Assembly: GCA_051382295.1 (NCBI GenBank)
Contig: JBBCAW010000003.1
Coordinates: forward strand, 1 to 64,000
Reading direction: 5' to 3'
DNA: 64,000 bases
DNA from: Bdellovibrionota bacterium FG-1
GTDB taxonomy: Bacteria > Bdellovibrionota > UBA1018
Shown here: positions 7,776-21,631 of the stretch, one piece after another
Layout: each line of letters begins with the position of its first letter
How positions within the stretch are numbered: the first letter of the stretch is position 1
Translations under genes and position numbers: made by a program
Notes under the pieces: generated by a model
What the model was told of the DNA's origin: nothing
The model's input: the letters and a program-made list of their open reading frames with translations, nothing else
Databases searched by the model: none

Positions 7776-9500
7776 TTACTTGTGGGCAGAGTTCAGCTTT
7801 TTCTCTAGCTCCGTTCTCAGGCAGAGCAATTTTTTGCTGAGTCTGGAGGCGCTTGCCGACCCATAAAGAGAAGGCGGGGCCGCTGGATTAACCTCCTCAT
7901 CGACCGCACGAATAGCACCTTTTAGGTCACCCAGTGCTTCAAGTGCCTTGACCTGAGTCCAAACACATTTGAGGCGTTGGGGGCCATAGGCATATTGAAG
8001 GGCCCGTTTTGCCTCTTGAGCGGCGTTTTGTGGATTTTTGCCTTCATTGAGCCAAAGTCGTGCCAGCCCCGAATAAAAGGTAAATTCCGTCGGAAAAAGT
8101 TGAATACCTTTTCGGTAAATCGCTGCACTTTCCTTGACTTGCCCGGCTTTTCCGAGACAATAGGCCCGCTCTAAATGGGGCCCGCGAGCAAAGGAGCCCC
8201 CTTCTGCCTGCGCTTCGAGTTCATAAGCTTTGGCGCACTCTAAATAGGCCGTTTTGGCTTTTTGCAAATCTCCGAGGCGTTCTAGATAATCCGCGCGGGT
8301 TTGGGCTAGGTCAGCCCGGGTGTACTCACTGCCCGCAAGAAGATTTGGGTTTGCGGTTAAACGTTCAATGAGTGCCAATCCCTTGAGTAAGGTTTTATGG
8401 CTGGCATCGGCAGGGCCGGCCTCCTTGAGGAGATCGGCTAAAGTCTCGTAATTTTCAATCTGATCGACCGAATTTGGAAGTTTTTGGGTCCACTTTTCAA
8501 TCGTCTCGCGTTGTTTGGCCGAGTTGTCCTGTTTTTGCGCTAGTCCTAGTTCGGCCCTAAAAATTTCACTGAGACGTGCATCGCCCTTCTTGATCAAGCT
8601 CGGCTCAAGGGGGTTGAGCCATCGAAGAGCCTTTTCAAACTCTCCTCGATTCATAGCAATGGCGGCCGCAGGGAAAACAGCCTCTTCGGTGCCGGCATCC
8701 GCCTTTTTTGAAAGAGCTTCGTAGCCTTCGGTGGGATGAGACGAAACGAGCTTCATCTTTCCTAAAACCTCACTCAGAGGCTGAAAGCCCACGAGTCTCA
8801 AAATTTCATCACCCGATGGAGTTGTAAAAATCAACGTGGGCAACCCGAGCACGTGGTAACGTTCTTTGATGGGCGAAAAAGTCGCAGAGTCCGAGTCGAG
8901 CTTCAGTCGCACAAAGCGAGGCTGAGCCGCAGTCACAAAGGGTTCAGACTTAAATACCATCGCATCCAAATGGTTACAGGGGGGGCACCAGATTCCGAAA
9001 AAATCGATCATCAAAGGAAGGTTTCGGGTTTTGGCCTCGGCAAAGGCACTTTCGGGATCATTGACCCAAAAGCCAGTTTGTTTTTCAAAATGCGGTTGGG
9101 CTGGTTTTGCGGTCGAGGTGTTCTGAGTTGAAATCGAATTTTCATGTGTGGACAATGGCACCTGGGCCGAACCTCGAGAGGGAATGACAATTTTCTGCTG
9201 TTTTCTCAAGCAGTAGCTACGGCCCTCGTCACAAATGAAGACCACCACATCAACGGTTTTTCCTTCCGATTGCAGGGGGATTTGTACTTTCAGCGTCGAG
9301 GGGCTGAGTTTGAATTTGAGAGGGGTTTGCCCTTCCTTGATCTCGCAAGGGGCTTGAAGATTAAAGTGGTGAGCGGGGGGCGGCGAAATTTCCAGGGATT
9401 GCTTTTTGAAGGTAAACTTTAGATCGGGAAGAGTTTGAGCTTGAAGAGCCGCCGAAAGCAAAAAGGCGAGCAAAGAAAAAACACCTGAAAAAATTCGCAT
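7776..9500 (-). CDS. Exported thioredoxin-family protein with C-terminal TPR-like repeats
   Basis: Signal peptide, WCPPC active site, helical TPR-like tail. Confidence 0.8.
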   Translation of the reverse strand: MRIFSGVFSLLAFLLSAALQAQTLPDLKFTFKKQSLEISPPPAHHFNLQAPCEIKEGQTPLKFKLSPSTLKVQIPLQSEGKTVDVVVFICDEGRSYCLRKQQKIVIPSRGSAQVPLSTHENSISTQNTSTAKPAQPHFEKQTGFWVNDPESAFAEAKTRNLPLMIDFFGIWCPPCNHLDAMVFKSEPFVTAAQPRFVRLKLDSDSATFSPIKERYHVLGLPTLIFTTPSGDEILRLVGFQPLSEVLGKMKLVSSHPTEGYEALSKKADAGTEEAVFPAAAIAMNRGEFEKALRWLNPLEPSLIKKGDARLSEIFRAELGLAQKQDNSAKQRETIEKWTQKLPNSVDQIENYETLADLLKEAGPADASHKTLLKGLALIERLTANPNLLAGSEYTRADLAQTRADYLERLGDLQKAKTAYLECAKAYELEAQAEGGSFARGPHLERAYCLGKAGQVKESAAIYRKGIQLFPTEFTFYSGLARLWLNEGKNPQNAAQEAKRALQYAYGPQRLKCVWTQVKALEALGDLKGAIRAVDEEVNPAAPPSLYGSASASRLSKKLLCLRTELEKKLNSAHK

Positions 9501-9559
9501 AGTCACTCCTGGGCTCAAGGCCATCTGAGTTTGCTTGTATCATTGAAAAGAGGCTCGGA

Positions 9560-10978
9560 TTAGTTGTTTTTTGGCGGCCTATTCGTATGAATGCCGTATT
9601 CCTTGAGCTTCGTATAAAGGTGCGAGCGATCCATTCCGAGCGACAATGCCATTTTGCTCACATTGCCGCGGTAGTGGTCATAATCTTTTTGAAGAAGGGT
9701 GCTTTCAAATGCCGCGACTTGTTCATAGAAGCCAAGGCCTTCTTTTGATGTAGCGTCGGATGATTGCGCTGCGTTACCCGTGGTTTTGGTGGCTGCGCGC
9801 GCGGCATCTCGAAGTTTGGGAGGAAGATCCGCTACTTCGAGCTCAGGCGAATCAGTCATGGCAATGACGTAAGCGACCAAATTGCCCAACTCTCGGACAT
9901 TTCCAGGCCATGAATAGGCCTTAAGAATGTCAAGGGCCTCGGAAGAAAAGTGAATATCCCCGCGTTCGTGTCGGTTTTTGCGCAAAAAATATTCCGTTAA
10001 GAGTGGAATGTCTTCTGCGCGCTCCCGCAGCGGAACGAGCTCAATCGGCAAGACGTTCAGGCGTTGAAGAAGGTCATCTTTGAATTGACCCTGTTTGGCC
10101 ATTTCTTCGAGATTTTTGTTGGTGGCGCAAACCACGCGAAACTCGAGCTGCAAGGTTTTTGCAGAACCGAGGCGCGTGACTTCCTTTTCCTGTAAAACTC
10201 GGAGCAGCTTGGCTTGGATTTCAAGCGGCATGTTGGCGATTTCATCAAAATACACAATTCCACCATGGGCCTCTTCGAAAATCCCCTTGGTGCTTTTTTC
10301 GGCGCCAGTAAATGCCCCTTTTTCATGACCAAAAAGGATGCTTTCAGCCATGGTGCTTTGAATGGTGGATGAGTCCACCGCGACGAACGGAGCCAAGGAG
10401 CCATCAGGAAGTGCGCCTCTGAGCTGGCGGGCGACGACTTCTTTTCCGGTACCCGTTTCGCCGGTAATGACAACATTCGCCGCGTTGTTGCGTAAACGAT
10501 CAATCGTTTTACGGAGCTGGAGCAGGGCTGGGCTCTGTCCGATTAAAATATTTTGTTTTTGAACCGCCAGCGCTTCAAAGTTCTGCTGGCCCTTACGTCG
10601 AAGGAGCTGCCGTTTTTCTAGCAGATTTCGGATTCGATGAATGAGTGCATCTGAATTAAGTTCTTTTCCGATGTAATCGGAAGCGCCCAGTATCATCGCA
10701 TCTCTCACGGTTGTGTAATCCGTGATTCCACTACTCATGGCGATTGAAAGTTCGGGATCTATTTCCAGAAATTTTCGAATCGATTGCATGCCTTCGGCGG
10801 GTGACCGCATTTGAATGTCTAAAAGCAAAACATCGATGGGGTGTTTGCGAACGATGGCCAAAGCCTCGTCTGTATTATAGGCACTTTTGCATTCAAAATG
10901 CCCACGAACAGCCTGTTTGATCGCCAGGTGAAACACGGAGTCGTCATCACAGATGAGAATCAGCGGAAGTCGTTGCAT
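9560..10978 (-). CDS. Sigma-54-dependent response regulator (NtrC family)
   Basis: Receiver domain (ICDDD, LLLDIQM), GETGTGKE, GAFTGA, YFDEI, WPGNVREL, Fis HTH. Confidence 0.93.
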   Translation of the reverse strand: MQRLPLILICDDDSVFHLAIKQAVRGHFECKSAYNTDEALAIVRKHPIDVLLLDIQMRSPAEGMQSIRKFLEIDPELSIAMSSGITDYTTVRDAMILGASDYIGKELNSDALIHRIRNLLEKRQLLRRKGQQNFEALAVQKQNILIGQSPALLQLRKTIDRLRNNAANVVITGETGTGKEVVARQLRGALPDGSLAPFVAVDSSTIQSTMAESILFGHEKGAFTGAEKSTKGIFEEAHGGIVYFDEIANMPLEIQAKLLRVLQEKEVTRLGSAKTLQLEFRVVCATNKNLEEMAKQGQFKDDLLQRLNVLPIELVPLRERAEDIPLLTEYFLRKNRHERGDIHFSSEALDILKAYSWPGNVRELGNLVAYVIAMTDSPELEVADLPPKLRDAARAATKTTGNAAQSSDATSKEGLGFYEQVAAFESTLLQKDYDHYRGNVSKMALSLGMDRSHLYTKLKEYGIHTNRPPKNN

Positions 10979-11192
10979 ATGTGCTTTCAGGATAGGGTGA
11001 TTTTTATATAAACCCAAGCGCAAAGGGCGATAAACTGTCGGTGTTTACCGTCAAAAAGTCGACACTGTGGGTTTTTATCTACAATGGATTAAATAAAGCC
11101 TGAAAAAATAAGTCATCAATAGTGGTCCAGATTTTGCTCTAGGGCAAACCCATTAAAATTGAAAAATTCGATTTTATGGGGGAGGTACGACT

Positions 11193-12179
11193 ATGTTTTC
11201 AGGCGAAATGAGGCTTGCTCTGCGGAGTGATGCCACGGTGTTGATTATGGGACCGACCGGAACGGGCAAAACGCACCTTGCCCGAGAAATTCATCAAGGG
11301 GGAGGACGTCAGGGGCAGCCTTTTGTGACCGTGAATCTCGCATCGCTCCACGAAGGAACCTTTGAATCTGAGCTTTTTGGTCACGAAAAAGGGGCGTTTA
11401 CTGGGGCTCATGAGCGCAGACTGGGGCGCCTGGCGACCGCACAGGGCGGGACGGTTTTTTTGGATGAAATCGGAGAGTTGAGCCCCAGGTTGCAAAGTCG
11501 ACTCTTAGAATTTTTGCAGACGCGAACCATTACGCCGGTCGGCGGAAGTCGTGCGGTTCGTTTGGATGTTCGGGTTATTGTAGCGACTCATCGAAACCTA
11601 TGGAAAGCGGTGAGCTCCGGTGAATTTCGAGAGGACCTCTTTCATCGTTTGAGGGTTATTTCGATCTCTCTTCAGAGCTTGGCAGCGCGACCTGATGAAT
11701 TTGACGGGATCATGCATAGTTGTTTGAGTCAGGTTTGCGCGGAGACCGGACGAACTATTCTTAAAATCTCTTCTGAGGTCGCTGAGCGCTTCGAAGGTTA
11801 TTCGTGGCCTGGAAATATTCGAGAACTTCGAAATGTCCTCGAATACGCGGTTCTCTCTGCAGATGGTGTAGAAATTACGGGGCGCGACCTTCCGGCTTGG
11901 TTTGGTGATCATCCTCGCCCGGTGGGTGGAATGCCGCCCGAGCATTTGCCGATTTCTGGGGACTCCGGGCAAGGGAACCGTCTTTTGGCGGTGGCTGAGG
12001 TGCCAATGACATTAGATTTTTACGCCACTTTGGCGGGATTTGAACGAGATTACCTCGTATTTATGCTGAAACATTTTAAGGGACGGGTCAATGAAACGGC
12101 TCGTGAGGTCGGTTTACATAAAACGACCTTGATTCGACGAATGCGGATTCACGGGATCCGACCTGGTGGACGAGTGTGA
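11193..12179 (+). CDS. Sigma-54 enhancer-binding protein lacking an N-terminal sensory domain
   Basis: Begins just before GPTGTGKT; GAFTGA, FLDEI, WPGNIREL, C-terminal HTH; GGAGG SD before the ATG. Confidence 0.88.
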   Translation: MFSGEMRLALRSDATVLIMGPTGTGKTHLAREIHQGGGRQGQPFVTVNLASLHEGTFESELFGHEKGAFTGAHERRLGRLATAQGGTVFLDEIGELSPRLQSRLLEFLQTRTITPVGGSRAVRLDVRVIVATHRNLWKAVSSGEFREDLFHRLRVISISLQSLAARPDEFDGIMHSCLSQVCAETGRTILKISSEVAERFEGYSWPGNIRELRNVLEYAVLSADGVEITGRDLPAWFGDHPRPVGGMPPEHLPISGDSGQGNRLLAVAEVPMTLDFYATLAGFERDYLVFMLKHFKGRVNETAREVGLHKTTLIRRMRIHGIRPGGRV

Positions 12180-12249
12180 ATTCCGTCGATTGAATATTAT
12201 CTTTAAAATCATCAACTTAGATCGGTAAGTTTTCCTGATTTTTGAGTTT

Positions 12250-12311
12250 TAAAAAAAAAATGAAAAAAAATGAAAAAACCTATTGCGCGCACTACTAGTT
12301 TTCTGTAGTTA
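12250..12311 (+). promoter_or_regulatory. Probable rRNA operon promoter with A-rich UP element
   Basis: A-tracts 12250-12278, TTGCGC (12283)-17bp-TAGTTA (12306); boxA-like TGTTCTTTGAAA at 12381. Confidence 0.55.
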
Positions 12312-12753
12312 ACGTCCTCACCGCCGATTGCGAAAATAAATCGCCCGCTTAGGGGTTCGAAGTAAGAACCAGTCGCGGTCTGTTCTTTGAAAATTTGGGA
12401 TGAATTTTTTGAAAGAGAAAGTGGGGGTATGCTTTTTGGCAGCCCGCCGCCGAGTCCAAGTGTGAGTAAAATCGCAGTTGGAGGAGATGGCAGGGTGATG
12501 TCGGAAAGAGCCTCGAACAATTCTCTTTGGATAAAGTCTAAAGACATAAATAAGAAGTAGTTCCGCAAGGAATTACAGTAAAATGATGACGACAGCAAGA
12601 TCGAGGGTTTCGGCCCGAGATCAAGTATCGTGAATTGAGCGAAGGTTCAAATGGCTTGTTTAGGATTGAGTCTCAGATAGGGCGCAAGCTCGATTTGAGC
12701 GCCCAAGCGGACTTCAGGAAACTGGGGGCCGGCTTGAGGGCAAACTAAAAGCT

Positions 12754-14315
<1,562 letters not shown>

Positions 14316-14492
14316 ATATCGGATAGGTAACTATCTGACAGGACTAGGTCTAGTCGTCTTAAGTGAGCTTCGCAAGAGGAGCACTTGAGATTGGAAATAT
14401 ATATCAGGCACGCTTCCGCTTTCTCTCTCAAGGGGTTCATCCCAGACAAAAGAAACCTTAGCAGGGATCTGTCCGCGCGAAATTTAGCGAGC

Positions 14493-14569
<77 letters not shown>

Positions 14570-15101
14570 TGAATGGGTGCCGTCGACAGAGTGACAAGAG
14601 TGAGTGAAGTAAAGCAAGGTTTCTGGTCTCCAAACAGAAAAAAGTTTAGGCCTGAGGTTTTAGGACCTTAGGGGCTTTGAGTCAGGGTGTGAATAGCGCT
14701 TTGGATTTGAGGCTTGGGAGATCTTTGACAAGTAAATAGTGTTTAAGAAAATCATATGATCGAAAGATCATTAATGGTTTTCTCATGCAAATGAGATTAA
14801 GAAAAAACATCTAATCAAAAGAAAGTAAATGGGTGAATTGGTCGTTTAATTTATTAAACGAGTGATTCCACCGATTTTGCTGAAATGAGAGATACAATCC
14901 AAAGAAAAATAGAGGTGAGTCAGTAAAATGATTCATCTCATTGACTAAAAGGTTCGTAAGAGTCTGAATAATCCCGGGAGGGATGGTTCAGAGATCTGCG
15001 AATAGGCGAAGAGTTGAAGAGCTTTTTTAAGATTGAGTATGGACCAGGAGTTGAGATCTTCGGAAATCAAGGCCTGCATAAGTATAAGAGATTAGAATAG
15101 G

Positions 15102-18090
<2,989 letters not shown>

Positions 18091-18244
18091 TCATTCTTTT
18101 TAATTCTTCCCTATTCTCAGATTTCTGAAATCTGTCGAATCTGGAAGCCAATTCAAGAAAGATTGCAAATCCCTCATTTCAGTTTATGTGAAAAGTTAAA
18201 CACTATTTATCCTGCGATCTCTCCCTAAAATATTTTAATAAGTT

Positions 18245-18362
18245 TGGGGGTGTCTATAGCGGCGGGGCTACACCTGATCCCATCTCGAACTCAGAAGTTA
18301 AGCCCGCCCACGGCAAAATTAGTACCGGGGAAGCCCGGCGCAAAGCTAGCTCGATGCCCCCA
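18245..18362 (+). rRNA. rrf: 5S ribosomal RNA
   Basis: CACCTGATCCCATCTCGAACTCAGAAGTTAAG core; terminal stem GGGGGTGTC/GATGCCCCC. Confidence 0.95.
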
Positions 18363-18370
18363 TTTAATTC

Positions 18371-18411
18371 AAAAGCCCCGCTCACGCAATCAAGGTGAGC
18401 GGGGCTTTTTT
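18371..18411 (+). terminator. Rho-independent terminator of the rRNA operon (probably bidirectional)
   Basis: AAAAGCCCCGCTCAC..GTGAGCGGGGCTTTTTT. Confidence 0.9.
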
Positions 18412-18451
18412 GCTTTATCTTTCACTAAAAGATACGAATGCCAGAAATGCT

Positions 18452-18997
18452 TTAATGGTTAGGCAGGAGTTTTTGCCTCATTCCGCGGGCAATACGATCT
18501 TCAATATTCCGGGCGGCCTCGCCGGTTGCTTCATGAAGTTCGCGAATCAATAATTTACTGACCGTTTCGTACATTCGAGCGACCTCAGGGGTGGCAACGA
18601 TCTGCTTGCGTTTGAGCACATGAAGATAGCTCAATGCTTTGGCCAAGCCGAAGCAGCCTTCGGTACGAAGACTGCTTTCGATTTTGGGCTGCAGGGCACT
18701 CCATTGGGCATCAAGAGGGAAATAGTATTCGCGACTATTCAGGATTGCATACACGGCATCTGCGTCCTCTGCAGTCATCGGGGGGCGTAAACCCCGTTCT
18801 CGGGCTGAATTGACCGGAACCCAGATAGCAGGTTCCTGCCGAAGGGATCGGGAAAGCGGCGATTTTTGCATTTCCAACTTATAATAGGAGATGGATTCTC
18901 CCCCAGTCTGTCTAGTTTCGATACTGACTACTGCACATTTGCCATGCATGGCATAGATGACAGGGGTCCCGGGCTGAAACGGATTTCGCGTATCCAT
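18452..18997 (-). CDS. CarD/CdnL family transcriptional regulator
   Basis: FQPGTPVIYAMHGKCAVVSIE..YYKL..IWVPV..GLRP CarD-like N-terminal domain. Confidence 0.8.
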   Translation of the reverse strand: MDTRNPFQPGTPVIYAMHGKCAVVSIETRQTGGESISYYKLEMQKSPLSRSLRQEPAIWVPVNSARERGLRPPMTAEDADAVYAILNSREYYFPLDAQWSALQPKIESSLRTEGCFGLAKALSYLHVLKRKQIVATPEVARMYETVSKLLIRELHEATGEAARNIEDRIARGMRQKLLPNH

Positions 18998-19181
18998 GCT
19001 CTCTCCCTTTGGCACCAATCCTATGGCGCCGTTAGTTCTTGAAATACATATCTAGAAGGCTTGAAGCCGCTTTGGGTTTCAAGTTGGTGAGATGAGTTTA
19101 GCGCGCCTCGGGCTCAGCTTTCAATGCTTAAGGCAAGTTTTGCTTGCATAATTAGTCAAATCATCAGAGATACAGGCAACT

Positions 19182-19298
19182 ATGGGACGTGGACGTAAAA
19201 ATAAAATTCAAAAAATGAAAAACCGCAAACGCCAAACGGCTAAGAAAGCGCGATCAAAAAAGCGCAGCGAAGCCGTTCGAAAAGCGCGTCTTTCTTAA
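19182..19298 (+). CDS. Small very basic protein (38 aa), not in the ORF track
   Basis: MGRGRKNKIQKMKNRKRQTAKKARSKKRSEAVRKARLS*; followed by a hairpin. Confidence 0.7.
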   Translation: MGRGRKNKIQKMKNRKRQTAKKARSKKRSEAVRKARLS

Positions 19299-19593
19299 TT
19301 TTATCAGACACTTATAATTCTTCCTGCAGGGGGTTTACCCCGTCTGTGGAGAGTTGTGTCTATAATTTGACGGCAATTTACTTTGTTGTTCTCTGCTCTT
19401 GTGTGCCCTAAACTATTTAGGGAGCGTAAGAGGAGGGAGATCTTCCTCGCAAATTAGGATGATTTGTGGCGGGTTGCTTTGGCTTTTTTTGAGATTTGCA
19501 GCTTTTCTAGAAATTATTCTTAATTTTCGCTCTGAATCTACCGATCTATCTGATGGAGAGGCGTATCCGCGCGCTTCTGAAGAGAGGAATAGT

Positions 19594-21543
19594 ATGAGCG
19601 TGATGAATAAATTTCGATTTTTGAGTGCTGCGATGGTGTTACCGTTGCTCTTTTCGCTGGCGTATCCGCTGGGGGGATTTGCAAAACAACGGGACAAGGA
19701 TGTGGGGTCAGACGATGACGTATCTGACATCAAAGACCAGTTGAAGCAGCTGCGCAAAGAGCAAAATGACGACCGAATAGCGCTTGCAAAGGTGAGGGCT
19801 GATCTCGCCTTTTATGATAGCCGCGAGTATGAAGACAGCATCAAGCATGATCCCACGCACGCCTGTTCGTGCGCTCCGGGGAGTTCGGCGAACTGTAGTA
19901 TGAAGGATTACGAAGCGAGTGGGGTTAAGGGCGGCGATGTGGGAGAAGCCCAGATTATAGAAATAGTGAAAACGAATGATGGCTGCACCGCTCTTTTTAG
20001 TAAGGATCCAAGATTTGAAAAAGTGAGTGCGGCTTGCCAAGATGCCGTTACTAAATGTGCGCCGATTGCAAAAATTCAGGCAAAACTCTATCTCGCCAAA
20101 CGGGCTAGAGATCTTGAGCTGAAATTAAAGACTTATTACGACGAGCAACGAAAGCAGCTCGAGAGCGATCTGAAAGAAGCCAAACGCGAAGCCAGAAAAA
20201 ATGGTTCGTGCGCGAACTGCGGATTTCAGGCCCAATCGCAGATGATGGGCGCTCGGGAGCCGGGAGTCGGTGATTACATTGTTGCCGGACTGGGTACTCT
20301 CGCCCCTGTTGCCATGCAGGGGATGAATATGTGGATGTATAACAAGGGCTTGGACGCCCAAGTTGGAATGTACGGCAGTTGTTTGAGCACTGTGCAAGCC
20401 GTGGGTGTTCCGCCGGGTGGAAACTGTGGCATGGGCGGCGTGGGCATGGGTGGCTATGGTTACGGTGGCGGTTACGGTGGTGGCGGTTACGGTGGTGGAA
20501 TGATGGGCGGTTATGGTGGCGGCGGTTACGGCGGCGGAATGCCCGGCATTGGGTTTTCAGCCGGCATTGGACTCGGCGGCATGGGCGGCGGTTACGGCGG
20601 TGGAATGCCGATGGGTATGTACGGTGGTGGCGGCATGGGAATGCCTGGAATGGGTTATGGAATGCCGATGGGCGGCATGGGATTCTCTGCTGGTCTCGGC
20701 GGTGGCATGGGCGGTGGTCTTTATCCATCTAGCCCGATGTTTACTGGAGGTTATGGAATGCCCTCGTATCCATATGGTACGGGATTTGGTGGTTCAATGT
20801 TCCCCATGGGTGCTTATGGCGGAATGGGCGGAATGCCGATGGGCGGTGGTCTGGGATTCTCTGCCGGTCTAGGCGGCGGTTACGGTGGGGGCGGAATGCC
20901 CGGCGGCTACGGTGGTTACGGTGGTGGGATGCCCGGCGGCTACGGTGGAATGCCAATGGGCGGTGGTCTGGGATTTTCTGCCGGTCTAGGCGGCGGTTAC
21001 GGTGGTGGGATGCCCGGCGGTTACGGTGGTTACGGCGGAATGCCTGGCGGCTACGGCGGAATGCCCGGTGGTTACGGCGGAATGCCCGGTGGTTACGGTG
21101 GAATGCCCGGTGGTTACGGTGGAATGCCCGGTGGTTACGGTGGAATGCCCGGTGGTTACGGTGGAATGCCCGGCGGTTACGGTGGCTATGGCGGCGGAAT
21201 GCCTGGTGGTTACGGGGGAATGCCCGGTGGTTATGGTGGAATGCCCGGTGGTTACGGCGGGATGCCCGGGGGTTACGGTGGGATGCCCGGCGGTTACGGT
21301 GGGGGGGGGGTGTCCCCGGGGTTTGACCCAAGCGCAGGCGGCGGTGCTTATTACCAAGCGATGATGCAAGCTTCGCAGCAATCTCAGTTGATGAAAGCCC
21401 AGAGTGCAGCTCAATCTCAACAAGATTTGATGATTGCTCAACAACAGATTATGGAAGCCCAGCAGCGTTACTCTCAGGTTCAGAGCGGCGGCTATTCTTA
21501 CGGTGGTGGCGGCTTGGGCTATGGTGGTGCAAAGCCATTTTGA
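19594..21543 (+). CDS. Secreted protein: Cys-containing coiled-coil N-region plus a long Gly/Met/Tyr low-complexity repeat tail
   Basis: Signal peptide after MSVMNKFRF, SD GAGAGG, GGMPGGY repeats, Q-rich helix, C-terminal Phe. Confidence 0.85.
   Translation: MSVMNKFRFLSAAMVLPLLFSLAYPLGGFAKQRDKDVGSDDDVSDIKDQLKQLRKEQNDDRIALAKVRADLAFYDSREYEDSIKHDPTHACSCAPGSSANCSMKDYEASGVKGGDVGEAQIIEIVKTNDGCTALFSKDPRFEKVSAACQDAVTKCAPIAKIQAKLYLAKRARDLELKLKTYYDEQRKQLESDLKEAKREARKNGSCANCGFQAQSQMMGAREPGVGDYIVAGLGTLAPVAMQGMNMWMYNKGLDAQVGMYGSCLSTVQAVGVPPGGNCGMGGVGMGGYGYGGGYGGGGYGGGMMGGYGGGGYGGGMPGIGFSAGIGLGGMGGGYGGGMPMGMYGGGGMGMPGMGYGMPMGGMGFSAGLGGGMGGGLYPSSPMFTGGYGMPSYPYGTGFGGSMFPMGAYGGMGGMPMGGGLGFSAGLGGGYGGGGMPGGYGGYGGGMPGGYGGMPMGGGLGFSAGLGGGYGGGMPGGYGGYGGMPGGYGGMPGGYGGMPGGYGGMPGGYGGMPGGYGGMPGGYGGMPGGYGGYGGGMPGGYGGMPGGYGGMPGGYGGMPGGYGGMPGGYGGGGVSPGFDPSAGGGAYYQAMMQASQQSQLMKAQSAAQSQQDLMIAQQQIMEAQQRYSQVQSGGYSYGGGGLGYGGAKPF
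21007..21300 (+). repeat. Coding tandem repeat, 21-bp unit GGYGGAATGCCCGGTGGTTAC (GGMPGGY)
   Basis: About 13 units with synonymous variation and occasional GGY insertions. Confidence 0.95.
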
Positions 21544-21631
21544 GGGGTAATTCGCCCTCAGTATGAACTAAAATTTCTGCCGTTATACGGCAGCGTGAAT
21601 TCTCGTACCCCAGGGGGCCAGCGTCGACTCT

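Noticed and set aside
21007..21300. 21-bp tandem repeat as a possible CRISPR array
   Set aside because: No unique spacers, in-frame coding repeat with synonymous variation, no cas genes
20105..21444. Alternative-frame repeat ORFs (HRNHRAF, VTTGHST, ECPVVTV)
   Set aside because: Shadows of the Gly-rich gene; third-position variation fits the GGMPGGY frame
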